Shown: positions 15,001-28,805 of the stretch, one piece after another
Position numbering within the stretch: position 1 is the first letter of the stretch
Layout: every line of letters starts with the position of its first letter
The notes under the pieces: model-generated
What the model saw: the letters and a program-made list of their open reading frames with translations, nothing else
Told to the model about the DNA's origin: nothing
Databases searched by the model: none
Made by a program: the position numbers and the translations under genes
DNA from: Takakia lepidozioides
Lineage: Eukaryota; Plantae; Bryophyta
Direction of reading: 5' to 3'
NCBI GenBank assembly: GCA_030704615.1
Contig: CM060734.1
Location: 34,286,001-34,350,000, forward strand
Length of the DNA: 64,000 bases

Positions 15001-15875
15001 AAACGCATCGCAGCAGCTGTGGCTCAGGTTAGTTTTCTTGTTGCAGCTGTAATTGCACAGATCTGTCTCCCGCGTCCTGTCTATGCATGTATCTCCATTG
15101 GGTTGGTGCCTCTACGTTCACTCTCTTGGAGTGCTGCTTCAGGCTTTTGAAAGGGTGTGGTTGGCCAGGGGTAAATACTAAGGCAACAAGCTGGTCAATT
15201 TTGTCTAGATATGTAGTACTAGCAGTGAAAACATCAGCACACTGCCCCCGACATGAAGGAAGAAACCATATTGTGTGGTGGGTGCAAATTCTGTGGCCAA
15301 TGTCAGAGAATAACCTTTGTTTGTGGCTTATATCATCGACCCCGGGGAGGACAATTGCATCTTCATGCAATGATATGGTCTGTCTACAATGCCAACAGGT
15401 TGATGCAGTGAGAGCAAGTGAACAAGAGATGCTGAGCAAGTTGGATGCAGCGAAGAGTGAGAATGAGTCTAGCCAGGTGGCAATGAGACAGGCCATCCAC
15501 AAAGCTGAGATAGCTGAGGCTGCCAAATCAGCAGTTGAAGGGGAGCTTCGGAAATGGAGGGCTGAAAGTGAACAGCGGCGCAAAGTGGCTGTAACTGGCA
15601 TGGCTCAAGCAGCTGGAAGCAGGGCTGTGGGAAGTCCGGCCAATGGTGGGGATGTGACCCCCTTAAGTAGGATGGTGTATATGAACAGCCCTACCAATGG
15701 GGCTTCCCAAGATAGCAGTCCTGGACAAATGGGTCCTTCAAGCATTCTGACTCCCCAAGAGAGGCAGTCAGAGTCACTCGGTCAGGTCTTGCAGTTCAGA
15801 TACCCGTCCGAGGAGAAGAAAAAGAAGACATTGTCCACGAAGATTGGTTCATACTTCAACAAGAAAGTGAAGTGA
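12028..15875 (+). CDS. WEB family (WEB1/PMI2-related, WEMBL/DUF827) coiled-coil protein; coding exons 12028-12150, 12440-13570, 13880-14164, 14282-14461, 14872-15027, 15399-15875
   Basis: N-terminal signature IDTSAPFASVRDAVSMFG and C-terminal AVEGELRKWRAESEQRRK match WEB-family motifs. GT-AG phase-0 introns join the ORF-track fragments into one frame. Long Glu/Ala/Lys/Leu coiled coil. Confidence 0.9.
13070..13500 (+). repeat. Coding tandem repeat in WEB exon 2: six ~24-aa units including a near-identical 144-bp duplication
   Basis: ELEKLRVQLERAKEAEATLVVTST / ELEDLKAELVSTKEAEAKLVATRA repeated. cagctggaaagggccaaggaggcagaggccacattgg occurs at 13091 and 13235. Confidence 0.9.
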
Positions 15876-16600
15876 GCAGGTTTGTATCTTTGTTTGGATG
15901 GTGTTCTCCTCAAGCTGCAGGTTAGGTCTACGATTAGCATGCTGTATCCAGGAAACAGAACTTCAAATGGGAATGGTCAAGTGGTTCTAGTACGGCTTGA
16001 ATTTTGACCAGCAAGCCAGGAGCATTCATTCATTTAGGGCTAGAAGCTGGCCCTATGAGAACAATAGATGAGAGATTTGAGTGCGCTGTGGCCACTTCTC
16101 ACTTTGGCTCTTTTTGAGCCTGCTCTTAAGGTTTTCCATGTGCAGAGGGTACTACAGTAATGAACATACGTAAATTCTGTAGTGGACCCCGTTAATTTTT
16201 CCGACATAGATTGTACTCATAAGACGTTGTTTGCCGTAGCCTTGTGGCCATTGACCCGACATAATTTTTCCGACATAGAGGTTGCTACATAGGATACAAA
16301 CACAAAGGCACTTTTCTATCCTATGCGTCATTGAACTGTTCACAGGAAGAATTGCAATTTCAAGTCCAATTGGTATCATATATGGAGACTTGACAGTGGC
16401 CAGTTAGTTCTGACTAGTATCTTACTGGCTAGTGTACCTTCACCTTTTCACTTGCAACAACGATTGGCTGACTCAAATCAATTTTAAAAATGTCATATGA
16501 GAGTGTGTACATATCTTTTCACGCAGTTGACATGAGTGGTGATTCATTGTTGGCCGTTGTTTGATGTAATTCTGTGCTAGTACGGACCAAATGTTCCTAT

Positions 16601-16877
16601 TTGGCAGGTTTTCCATGTAACTCACCTGTGTCAGGAAGGTTCTGTTTCTCACCCTCTTTCTGTCACTTCCACTGCAAGTACATTTTGACGTCTTATTTGG
16701 CAAGTTTTCCATGTAACCTACCTGTACCAGGAAGGTGCTGTTTCTCCTCTTTGTGTCACTTTCACTGCAAGTACAGTTTGACATCTTTTTTGTCAGGTTT
16801 TCCATGTAACCTACCTGTACCAGGAATGTGCTGTTTCTCCTCTTTGTGTCACTTCCACTGCAAGTATATTTTGACAT
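16601..16877. repeat. Tandem repeat, 3 x ~95 bp, downstream of the WEB gene
   Basis: Unit ttggcaggttttccatgtaac...cactgcaagtaca.tttgac starts at ~16601, ~16697 and ~16790. Confidence 0.9.
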
Positions 16878-19800
16878 CGATCTCTCTATTGAACTGCCTT
16901 GGCCACAGATCTGCGAGCACTGTGACTCTTAAGAACACTGCCATAGGCATGTCAGGTATCCCAGGTGCAGGATTCCACAAAATCAACACCGAAAGCAAAC
17001 TTTTGAATGTCCCAAGCCTGTCTTGCCTTACACTGTCAATTCCATTAACAACAAAAGCTGGAAACTATTGTATACCCATTTGCGGGAACATATCATGTAG
17101 TCCTTGATCTTGCATACTATCTCAGGTTGGAAGAAAATCTCTTAGCAAGTCCAATGTGTCCCAAGTTTCAATGTTGTTGGGCGGTCGAAATGCAAAGCCC
17201 CTACATACTGTATGACTGGGTATCAATTCTGCTTAGAGCTGGCAGTGAATAGGTATAAATTTAACGCCTCCTAAGTTCAATCGCCAACTGGAGAGTTTTG
17301 TCACCCTGGGATTCCCCATCCTCTTTTGAAGACTCATGAGGAGTGAGTCCACGGGTGGCTACATTTTGATGGCCTTGATCGGCATGGCTCACAAGAGTAG
17401 GAACCTTATGCAGGTGCCATCCTCTCTAAAAATAACTAGGATAATCCTGGCCGGGATAGGGGCCTTCCTAAAACTCAGGGCCGGCACTAGGCTACGGCCT
17501 CTCGCCGGCCCTGAGTTTCAGGCCTCACCCTATCCTACTTAAAGAAACAGCAAGGATCTCGGATTTTGATGGCTGGCGTTTTCTTCATTGGGCGGCCCAC
17601 AAGAGCATGACTCACCTTACGCGTAAGGTGCCGTCCTCACCTCGCCGACAAAGCCTACCGAGATTCCATACCTGGCCAACATTGGTGTAGACGTGTAGAC
17701 AGTATTGGGTGGTTATTTGTTACTTGATTTCTTTCATAATCAGCAATTTCAGTTACTTCAGATATTGCAAAAACAATAACCTCATGTTCCAGTTATTTCA
17801 GAATTTTATGGATACATAGAAGCTCTGGTTCCGAAACAAGAGTTGTCTGGCCGCCCGGCAGCTGTGGGGTGACCCTTTTATACCTGCCGAGGCCCACGGG
17901 CCTCCAGCGTGTGTGCATTGAAGACGCTATTAATCTAAAATGAGAGCGTATGGGTGGGGTGAGTATTGGGAGGTTTTCTAATTTTTTAAACATCCCTAGG
18001 TTCTGGGTATTACCAACATGACAATATAGGGTATGCATCCATGTATGAATTTTGGGGCGGTTATAGGCTGGGTATTATGGCAGGTATGGATTAGTTTTTC
18101 CAAATATTCACATCCTCATGCTATGCACCTTACCCGGTTACTAAAAGTCGCCAGCTCTGGATACCGTGAAGATTTTCCAGCTTTTTTCCTTTGTGTTTTT
18201 AGGGATCTTCTGGAGCAGAATTTCCCAATGCGGGGTCTTACAGCGAAATTCCCTGTACGACATATCTTACCTGGATATCCTGCATACGATATCTTACGGG
18301 GAATTTCCATGTAAGGCTGGCCCTTTTCTTTTCCTGACTTTCTATTTCTTTCTTTACTTCTTATCTTTTTCCTCTTACAACTGAGTCTTTCTCTAAGAGA
18401 AATAAGCTGAAAAGAAACAGGTTGGAAAATCTTTATGCAGGGGAAGTCACTGTCTCTCCGTACTTCCGCCTTTCTCAGGTCTGCTCACTCGAACTATGCC
18501 CTTTTCCACAAACCTCGAAAGGCGGAAGTACCTCAGGCCAAATGACTTCCCCTGTACTTGATACCGAGCTGTTGGTATCTAAAACCCCCCTCTTGAGGGA
18601 TGACCATCTTCACATATAGAGAGAATCTTTGTAGGCATTAATTTCTTACCTTGTTTGCCTACACTAGTAGAGGAGACTTCCGTCGTATGGCGGTACCTCC
18701 CACAAATCCAAGGTAAGTTTCCTGCTCTACTACTCATCAGCGTGCCACCCCTGCTCCAGGTCTCTCTTGCCACCAAGTTCTCTCCCTCCTTGGCAAGATT
18801 CATCCTACCAGCTCTTGTACGCCCAATCAGGCGGCCTAATTATATTGGGGCAATGCTTGTTAATGGACTAAGTGACTTGAACAAGTTGGGGACATGAGTG
18901 TAGCTAGACTTATTGATAACAAGGAGCCGGTTATTAATAATGGTGCTTCCATTCTACTGCCAGCGGAAGATGATTCGGGAGAGAGAAGACTCAGCAATTG
19001 ATTTGGGCACTATGATCGAGCATGTACATCATGTCTCATGAACGTACTATTGTCAAAATCTGCATGACCGCCTGTTTCAAAGACAAAACTTGCACAAGTA
19101 GAGTAACTATGTGTTCGGCGTAGTAGGAGCTCGAGTGCATGGAAACGGGTTTTGCATAATCAAATATTGGCTACATCGGATTGAATTTATCAACTGCTCT
19201 TGTGAAAATGCTAGATTGCTGGATCCGTCTACAACAAAAGGTTCGGCATCGCCAGTTAAATCAGCTTTCAAGTTGGCTAGGATAGAACTTGGACTGGGCC
19301 CCAAGGCTTAAAACAGCTCATAGATTGGATGCAGCATCTATGTGTGTTGATAGTAAAGAGGTAGGGGTCAGTGTTTGCTCTTCAGAACTTAGGAGGGGTG
19401 GATTTGGGGTGGAGTCATAGATTTTTTCTACAATAGTACTTACTATTGTTTTAAATTACAATAATTTTTTCTTGGCTCTCAGGCCTCAAAGAAACTTTTC
19501 ATCACAACTAAGAGATGAAGGTTGCAAGAATAGGACTTCCGAGCTTTTGAAATATTGTGATTCGCATCAGATCATGATCTACAAGTTCTAGGACGCATCA
19601 AAGGTCAACAACCACCCACCATGAGAAGAGTTATGGGTATTCAAATGACAACAAATCAGCTAGGTAAGTGGTCACTACTTGAAGCTCAAGGGACAGTCGA
19701 GTTTTCGATGTCTATTACTCCACATGTTTCATAAACCTCTCTTGTACTAGTGCATATTAGATGTTCTTCATTGTAGCCCTCCTTGGGAAGTTGACAACCG

Positions 19801-19945
19801 ATCCCTTAGTAGTTTATAGGTATTTTGAGGGCTCTAATGTCTTCGGAGAAGCTTGTTTGAGCAGCCACCACCCTCGTAAAAGTTTTGTCTTGTCCAAGGT
19901 CCTCATCAACATAACATCACTACTTTTTCGTGTTGTTCAGAGAAC

Positions 19946-21936
19946 ATGGTTTTCTTTATCACGGACTGGCTGAGGTACAAAAACAGCCCACTTGTGGGGG
20001 GAAAAAGGTTTGCTACATCTGCATCCCTCTATCTTGTGCTCCTTATCTCCGTTCTCACCATAGCCCCAACCGTCCAAGCAAAGGACATGGCCCCAAATAC
20101 AATGAGGACATGGCGTCGAGATATAGCTACCCAGGACTATAAGAGAGTGTCGAGGAATACATCATCGAGTAACTTGGAGAGGGTATTTGAGGTAATGCCT
20201 CCTGTTACTCCTGTCAATGGTACGCTGGTGTGTACGGTTGAACTCATCAAATATAGTTTTGCGAATACGATCGATTCGCCCCCTGTCACTGCAGACTATA
20301 TTCCGCAACCGGCATGTGGTACAAATTGGAGCCGCATTGTGCTCAACTGGCATGTGCAGGTCAAGGTGGGTCTTTACGAAAAAACATGGAATATACAAAT
20401 GTCTTCATTTATCATTATTTTTGGTGATTATTTGTTTCTGTTTGTTTTTTGGGAAACCCCAACAATTTTATAAATAGGAGGAAGAAAATACAACAATCAC
20501 GAAAAGGTGAGGGATGAACTGGAGCATCAGCACTACTACGAAGCAAATATATATATATATACATATATATATGATGATGTTTCTAATGAGTTTTTATTTA
20601 ATGCCAAAATGTAGGGTGCAATCACCGAGCGTCAGGATTACTATGAAGCAAATATTTATATTTATATTTATACTGAGTATTGAACGATATTCCATCTAAT
20701 GACTTTTTATTTAATGCAAAAATGTAGGGTATACAATTGGACCGTATTGCTGCTGTATGGCTAAGCGGAGTTGAGATTCTACGTACATCGACAGCAGAGC
20801 CGACGGAAGAGGGGATTCAATGGACTGTAACGAAAGACATCACTCATTATTCTGCCATATTGACGACAAATCAAACCGTCGCTGTGACATTGGAGAATGT
20901 ATATGACAACAATACATATACAGGTATTTATGTTGTACAACTGACCGTATCTTTCTATGAAGGGGACCCCGGCAACACAAACGGAGCGGACGTGATACTT
21001 CCCATATTACAAAGTGATACAAGTATTGGTGGATTTATCCAGGGTCATTGGTTCCGCATCAGTTCTCCAAATGATAATCCAGGATTGTCTCTTGCAATCC
21101 CCATAAATACCTATCAAGCAATTTTTGAGTTGTATGTGTCCTTCCATGATGCTGACGAGTTTTGGTAAGCCAGCTCCCCTGCGTTTAGAGAAATCGTCAT
21201 CCAGATTGACGGAGTTGTCGCTGGAGCTGTTTGGCCATATCCTGTTATCTACACTGGCGGATTCAATCCTAAATTTTGGAATCCTGTTGTTGGAATTGGG
21301 GCTTTCATAGTTCCTTCGTACTTTGTCGACGTAACTCCATTTGTGGGACTCCTTGTTGACGGAAGCCAACACACATTTTCATTCAGTGTCACTAATGCCA
21401 CAAGTATATGGCTCCTCAATGGGAACCTCCACTTATGGTTGGACAAGAGTTCAAATCAAACCATTGGGAAATTAACGCAACATTCAGCACTTCCAACAGC
21501 CGTTGTATCGTCAGGTACGACAACGCTTTGTAACCGTCACATAAATATTGTTGGCTTCGTCAATATAAGCAACCAACAATCGAAAACAACATCCATTAAT
21601 ATCACATATTCTTTTCAAAATGACTTACCAATTGGCACTATTGTTAACCAACTAACACAAACTGAGGAGTTATTCTCTCAAGCTACTTATTATTGGAATG
21701 GGACCCTCGACAAAATAGTGGAGACTTTTACAAAACATTCATTTCCTTTTTTCTCCTATTCCGGGGTCACCAATAACGGGACTATTACAACTCAAAACAC
21801 AACTATTTCTCGTGCTTGGGAGAGTGATATTGAGAGTGGCATTTTCAAGCCATTGCAATTTCTACCCCAAACCAGCAAGAGTTATCTAAACATTGTTCAA
21901 GACGTCGACAGGGTTCGCAAAGACTCCAAAATATGA
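19946..21936 (+). pseudogene. Peptide-N4-(N-acetyl-beta-glucosaminyl)asparagine amidase A (PNGase A)-like gene; exons 19946-20365 and 20728-21936, in-frame TAA at 21166-21168
   Basis: Signal-peptide-like stretch, then WSRIVLNW...KGIQLDRIAAVWLSGVEILRTSTAEP, YVSFHDADEFW*, FREIVIQIDGVVAGAVWPYPVIYTGG and DVTPFVGLLVDGSQH. All are PNGase A motifs, in one frame across the stop. Confidence 0.85.
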
Positions 21937-22069
21937 TACAGAATAGGTCATAACAGAGTGAGATGACATCCAATCATGATTGGTCCAAGGGCATCTTGCA
22001 CTACGTTTCCCTCCTTTACTCAAACCCTATCAGTTTATTCTATAAACACATAAGAGAGAAGGGTGAATG

Positions 22070-22790
22070 CAGGGTTGACTAGACCAAAATGGACGTTACC
22101 AGCACAATTTTAGATGACTACAATTGATGGTGTCATCAATTCAAATTGAATTAACTCAATAAAACCAGCAAATATATATGTCATTGGATTCCTAGCTTCA
22201 ATACGTACCCATAGCAACTCTCCAATCATGAATCCGATAAAAAATGACTCCGCTATGGACTTTTGAACACTGTCATTGTGGACTGTACCGCAATGAATGG
22301 AATTACAATGGACTCAAGTTCTCCAATGTGCCATTGGTGAATTCCATTGAAATTTGGACATAAGGCGGCCATTTTGGTCCACATGGATTTGAAGTGGCAA
22401 AATCATTTGTCATTTGACTCATATGGACTAATATATGTAAAAAAATATATGCGTTTTTTGAAAAGTCCATAGCTCATCTTGTTTTTTGGATTTTGGGTGT
22501 TATTGTTTTTCTAGAAGTATAAAAACCTATAATCTTCAATGGCTAGGTGTCATACTGAATTGTTTTTGTAAACTCTAGGTTTTAGTTTTTCATAATTTCT
22601 CTAAATAATATACTAAAATATTTAATGAATTATATCTTTAATATTTGGGGTAGGACTCTTTACTAAATATGTTCAATATACCATTATCTATCACCAAAAA
22701 ATATATTTTGGGATAGTATCCTCACCTTTTGTTTTTTGGTCATGGACTTTCATGGAGCACGATCTACCGTTTTTGGTCCACTCAACCCTG
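22070..22790. mobile_element. Non-autonomous hAT-like element (MITE), ~720 bp
   Basis: TIRs cagggttgactagaccaaaa (22070) and ttttggtccactcaaccctg (ends 22790), 18/20 match. Multiple internal TGGAC subterminal motifs. No clear TSD. Confidence 0.7.
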
Positions 22791-24959
22791 CAACTGCCCA
22801 GAAGAACCTTAAATGGACAGTTTACCTAGTGCTCATGGTTAGAATGAATGGAGGAAAATGGACTTAATTTTCATGGATTAGCAAATGAGCCATCGAATGA
22901 ATTTCGATTGATCTCTGTTTCCTTTCTGCCTCTGCTTTGTATTGCATGTTGTACAACGATAACAAGCGTGAGGTTTCATGAATTATAATTGAACCTTGAA
23001 ATTGATATGATTTTTCAAAGTTTGGACTCATAGACACCTATTTCTGATAGATAGGCCCCCAAGAAGTGAACAACATTCATCCTATTATGGTTACTATGCC
23101 ATCCAATTATAATTCTACGTTATTTTGAAATAGACATAAAGATAGGCTAATTATAAAATTAACATTAAATGTAACATTAACCTTAAATGGACATCACCTA
23201 ACCTAAAATGACTATCCAATATGCTAATGTGGCATGCCAACAACCTCCATATGACGGTGCACGTCCCAATATCTGAGTTATAATATACTAAAGGAACACT
23301 AATATGGGCTACATAATGGACAATACAATATCCTAATCTTAAAATAAAACTTCATATTGATATTAGCCTCGTGTCCTTGTCATTGTGAACACTCTCGAGC
23401 TGGGCACCATCGAGCTGTTGGTGTGATTTGCATGACGAGGGACATGTGTTGTTTATTCTATGGTATATTTTTGTTTTGAGACTTCATAAATGACTAGTTG
23501 GACCTAGATGACGAGACTTGGACTCGGCTTGGATGAGAACACTTGGTTTAGGGAGGATACGTTTTGGTTTATGGTTGCTTTATTTTTTTTCTCACTTTGT
23601 CTTCTTCTCCGACTCAAGAGTTTTGCTACGCTAGTTGTTGACCTCATTGTGTTGCTGGAAGCTCCGGTATATTCATTTGTTGTAAGGTACCTCGTTTTCT
23701 CACCTAAGGAATATTTTTTCACTACACTCAATATATACAACAGTTTTTTCATTCATTTGATAGATACATTAGAGCATTCAGCAGTAAAATATTTGGCACT
23801 CTAAGAGAATTTTGTTTTATTTTTATGTTACTATAGGGTGTCAAATATTTGATGGTTACAATCAAATAAAAAAAAAATAGCCTCCTAGATAATTATGCAT
23901 ATTACAAAATTAAATAATTATATGGTGGATGAAAAAGGGAAAAAAAAAAGTAATACCCCTATAGAAAATACCTCTTTATCGCACATGATTCTCTAAACTA
24001 TATAGGGAGTGACTCCCCCAAGGACATGTTTCTATATAGCAGGTGATAGCTCGAATAATGAGCAAGCTATAGGGTAATGTATTGTGGCATGTGCAAGCAG
24101 ATCAACATAATTAGGAGGTGGGAGACTGAGCGTCAAGAAGCAACCCTCTTGCAATCTCATGCTCATTTCAAGCAGCTTGGTGAGCCAATCTGGTTCTAAT
24201 CATCATTATTATTATTCTTAACTATAATAAAATAAAATAAAAATCCAAAAAAAAATTGACAAATAATTTATTTATTTTACATGTGGTTGAATTTTTACTC
24301 TATAATTCATCTACATGTTAAAGTAACAAAGGTCTAAAATGTAGCCATCCATAATAGGGTGCTCTACCTTAATGGATGAATACAAAGTATAGAATCATTG
24401 TGGTTGTTGTCCATCATTCATTAGTGATAGAATGTTACACATTGAATGGTGAAATTAGCTCAAATTTGGTGAGTGCATGCACGTGCAAGATACGCACCTA
24501 CCTATAAATTTCACTTTCTTGGTTGCTTTGTGGTAGTTAGATAGGCTGATTTCACTAAAACTAGGTAATAAAATTTTGGTGTGATAAGGGTTAATTTACC
24601 CTTATAACAAGAATTTAGTGAAAAAAGTCGTTGGGTGAGTAATCGCGTGACATGCAACATGTGCTCTGTTTGCTCAGGATGTGTGGCCAAGTCACACTAG
24701 AGGCACTTTGTGCACCAATCACAAGAAAAATTGCTCAAACAATTGGAGCCCACTTTGCTCAAATTTGTCAGTGCACATATCCAACAACAGGCCAAATATT
24801 ATGCACCCCCAATCGTTGCAAAAATGAAATCGACCAAAGAGGATGGGCCACTTTAGACTACTTTCGAACTCAAAATGTAATGATTATATTAATCAAGGGC
24901 ACTTTCTTGGTCATATAAGCTTTATACACAAGACCAAGAAAGTTAGCCCCAATGACATG

Positions 24960-25900
24960 GTGTCTATGTGGCGTTGATCATGGCGAGAGATTGTTGGTGT
25001 AGGGACTTGGAAAGGAACCTCGTATGTAGTTTGGAGGACCAACTATTCGACTGGACAAAGTACAAAGACATTAAACTACAAATGATCACATCTCAATTGT
25101 CGAGTGGGAAAGATGAATGTGATGGAAAGGTGATACACCTCAGTTTTAGTTTTTTGGGTCTTTGTCTTGAGGCAAGAGAAGGAACGGAAAGTGGAGGATT
25201 AGTACGAGCCAAGGCCTCTACACACAAAGTGGTCCATAGGATATTAATATTTTAATATGTGTCTAGGACCAATATATGGACCATTTGAAGCAAATTGGTC
25301 CCCCAGGTTTCTTGCTATTGGTTCATAGCCAAGACCTCAACTAGGCAAGTTAGCAAGTTGGGGTGTAGTAGAGTTGGAAATATTACGCACTATGGTGTGG
25401 AGAGGCAGATTGCAGGAAGGATATTGCCTGCCCTTACTGACATAGCAGCGGTGAAACAAGAGTTCTTTGCTTTCAAACTACAGGCAAGTACCGAGTGGAT
25501 GGAGAAAACTTTCAAGGATCTTTGGGGCATGGTGACTTGGAACCCTTCTCTAACGATAAAATATGAAAACTTGCTTTGTGCTTTCTGAAATTGCTCGAGT
25601 TCAATGTGTAAGCACTACGCATGTGAAGAGGGCATTCTCAGTTCAAAAACTCAATCAAAACTAAATTTTGAAACACAGTTGAAAACAAAGAACTTGGAAA
25701 GTGTGCTCGTGTTGCTTTGGAAGAGCCAGGTGTGGAGGAATGTCAACCTGTTTTGATTGGGGCCATATCTTTGTGGAAGAACTCCACAAAGTTCATACAT
25801 TTGTTCTCTCATCCTGAGCTATATTTAGCTGGACAACCAGAAGTGGGCCATCAAATGCAGAAGGTACCAATGATGATTTGTAGTTTTGAATTTTTGTTTG
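24960..25900 (+). mobile_element. Possible highly degenerate LINE (L1-type) 3' ORF2 fragment
   Basis: Weak motifs resembling post-RT LINE segments (W...LSSGK, ESGGL, HLF). Fragmentary. Confidence 0.25.
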
Positions 25901-26188
25901 TTTGTTTAGATAGGTAAAACTACGATTCAAGGCCCTTAAATTTTTGGTTGAGGTCCTCGTATTTTAGAAGGGTTCGATCCTTGGCCTCCAACTGTGGAGG
26001 GCTGACAAGTTCCAAGTTCAATTCTGACAAGGGTACTTTTCTGCACTTGTTTGAATTGCTTAAAATGGGTTGTGATTATTTATTGTTGTTCATTTGCTGA
26101 ATTTGTATGCAGCCGAATTTATTTTTCATTTGCAGGAAATGAGACGGTTGATATGTACAATGGCCGGATTTATAGCCAAACACCAAAA

Positions 26189-26222
<34 letters not shown>

Positions 26223-28575
26223 CCTGTTGTAAAAACAATATGTAGGAATTGACCCACCCTGAGTTACCACCAAGGGGCAGCAAACAAACCCCCCACCCAC
26301 TTAGCCGGTTGGTGCTGAAAATGAGCGGCCACGGTGGTTTCAACTCAGAATATTTCCTGGACGTTGCTAAGTACAGTATTAGTATTCGAGTGAATATGCA
26401 ACCAAGAGAGTGAGAAGCCGTCTCCTGTCGAAGACTCCAGACATGGGGTAGAGGATGGGTTGACAAGGTGTGCAGCTTGGGTTGGCTGCATCATTCAACG
26501 CACACGCCTGGCTAACAGGATGCACCCCACGCCTACCCTTTGACTTACGCATGTGTTGAGTTTTGTTCGTACCTATGCGGAGTCGGACCCGGAGTTTGAA
26601 ACTTGAAGCGCGCACACAGTCAAATGCCTGCGCCAACCCCAGAGCACCCACCGCGTTTGCATATCCACCGCAACCATGCCCGGGTCGGCAGCGTCGTGTG
26701 CGCGTTCATGACCACTCTCTCTGCGAATTGGCTCGCTGTTCCGCCCGCCATCTCCGCCATGGAATCGCACATGCTGCCATGCACATTCCCTTTTCTCTCG
26801 GGGGAACAATCGCAGGCTTACAGCGGGTCAGCGGATTTTTAGTCGAGCTCGAGCACCAAGGTGGGCCCAAGGGGCCACTTCCGCTGCGATCTCTTGAAGA
26901 TTTGGTTGGATGGCTCAGATCCCCGGATTGAATTCAAAAAATTAATTAAAAAAGGAAAAAATGAACAGGGCGTAAGCTCCCACTCCTTGCCAGCTGTTGA
27001 GGTGATATTCCGTGATATAACGTGCCTGCATATACGAAGGGAAAAATATTGTGGTTTTTATGTGGCGACATGCAGCCGTACAAATACTTTGGAGGGAAAG
27101 AATGAGCGAGATCTTAACTGTCCAGTTGCTGAGCCTCGTCACACCAAAAGCATCAATTACCCTTATTCTCAGTACTAAAAACGAGCTTAATTGTTGGAGT
27201 CTCTACGTTGCGAGGGCACTTTATTTCATTCTGTTGCCCCAAAAGTAACGGGGTCACCCAAATTGTTATAAATTCCAGGTACGTGCCATGATGAGATGGG
27301 CTCCAAACTTTAATGACCCATCAATACTGCAACCAACAGGGAGACAAACACTCCGACTCTTTACCACCACAATCCCGATCCGACTTTATACCATCCTGCT
27401 CCACACAGAAATTGACACTTGGAGAGGCGCTGACCTGGCATCCAGCCTGGTACGGCGCGCCACCGATTGCGCCAGATATGGAGTCCCTCCCTCGGCGCGG
27501 TCTCAACTTTAGCCGCGCCGCCACTTTAGCGCTCCCGCCTTCGAAAAAAGGCCCTCCAATTCTCTGCCATCGCTTAAGTTAGCTATCCCGCTGGGCGCCA
27601 TCACTGCGGGAGTTTTTCCATGTGTCGCATGACATGGAAGAATGACACTCCAAGTCCCGATGGCTCAGAACATGGTACGTAAAATTAATAGCGGCGGTGG
27701 GCTTTAAGGGGGTTAACATGGCTCTGGGACATGGCGCAGGCCTGCGACCTGCCCAACCCATTGTTTGCTGGGCGGATGGATGCCAGTAGTTGAGCAACGT
27801 CGTCGGCGGTAGAGGGAGAGTCGATGAGGGATGGTGGAGACGTCATCCATGGATCTGACCGACGGTCAAGGCACAGCGCGTTGCGGGCAGCCGCCGCGCT
27901 GGTTGCGCTGGACCCGCGCTGCTTCGCTTCCTGCCTCGCGTTGCTGTCAGAGTTCACAGCTCAGCGCATGGCGAGTTGTTAGTTGCTGAGATGCGCGGGG
28001 TGCGTGGGGGTAAGTATATGCACGGGAGTGAGCGAGCTTATGAGATTGTAGAGTGCATAGCTTACTCGTCGATCAGATTGTCTTCCGAAACGAAAGAAAA
28101 ACTCTTTGAAGCTGGGCTGTGCCCTAAAGCGAGTGACAATTCAGAGGTTGCTTTAAAAGTGGTGGTGGTGGTGGTGAAGCCGTTTTCTCATAGGGACTGC
28201 ACATCTACCAAAGTCGACATCTTAGAGACTGCTTTTCATAACAAATCCCCGTTTCGTAGAGAGTCTTGATCAAATCTTCGGGCAATTTGCTGAGAGTCAG
28301 GAACACTAGTAAATCACGAACAGAACGAGTCTCATCTAGTCTGCATCACTGCGACTCTTGAGGGGATTTTCTCAGCGTTGTTTTGGGGGTTGTTTCATGA
28401 ATTTCAAGGAAAACTGAGAGGCTAGAGTACCTAAGGTTGAGGAAAGCAAGCAGTTTGGGTCTGTTTTGGACAGCAGTCGACAATTAGTCTTTTGGGCCAT
28501 CTGCAGTTGCGGGCGTGAGTAGCGCGTAGGAGGATTCCGTGTTTTGCTTTGAACAAGTTTGAAGGATACAATCAG

Positions 28576-28805
28576 ATGGGAAACTCGTGTATGAAAGGGG
28601 CGGCCAACGACGGAGGGCGGGGCCAGCCCAGTGTGAAAGTAGTTTTGGCGGATGGGACTGTGGAGGAATTCAAGCGGCCAATCACGGTCGCAGAGCTCAT
28701 GATGGATTACCGCCAGCACTTTGTTTGCCATTCAAGTGCTCTCACAGCACCCTGAAGAAAGAGAACATCTATTTGCCTGCGGACGTCGAGCTGGAGTAGG
28801 CGTCG
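28576..28805 (+). CDS. PADRE / DUF4228 family protein, 5' part, truncated by an assembly gap
   Basis: MGNSC (N-myristoylation/palmitoylation-type start), VKVVLADGTVEEFKRPITVAELMMDYRQHFVCHS, then LPADVELE in a shifted frame just before the Ns. Confidence 0.8.

Noticed and set aside
16473-17107. Repetitive Cys-rich ORFs on both strands
   Set aside because: Artefacts of the ~95-bp non-coding tandem repeat.
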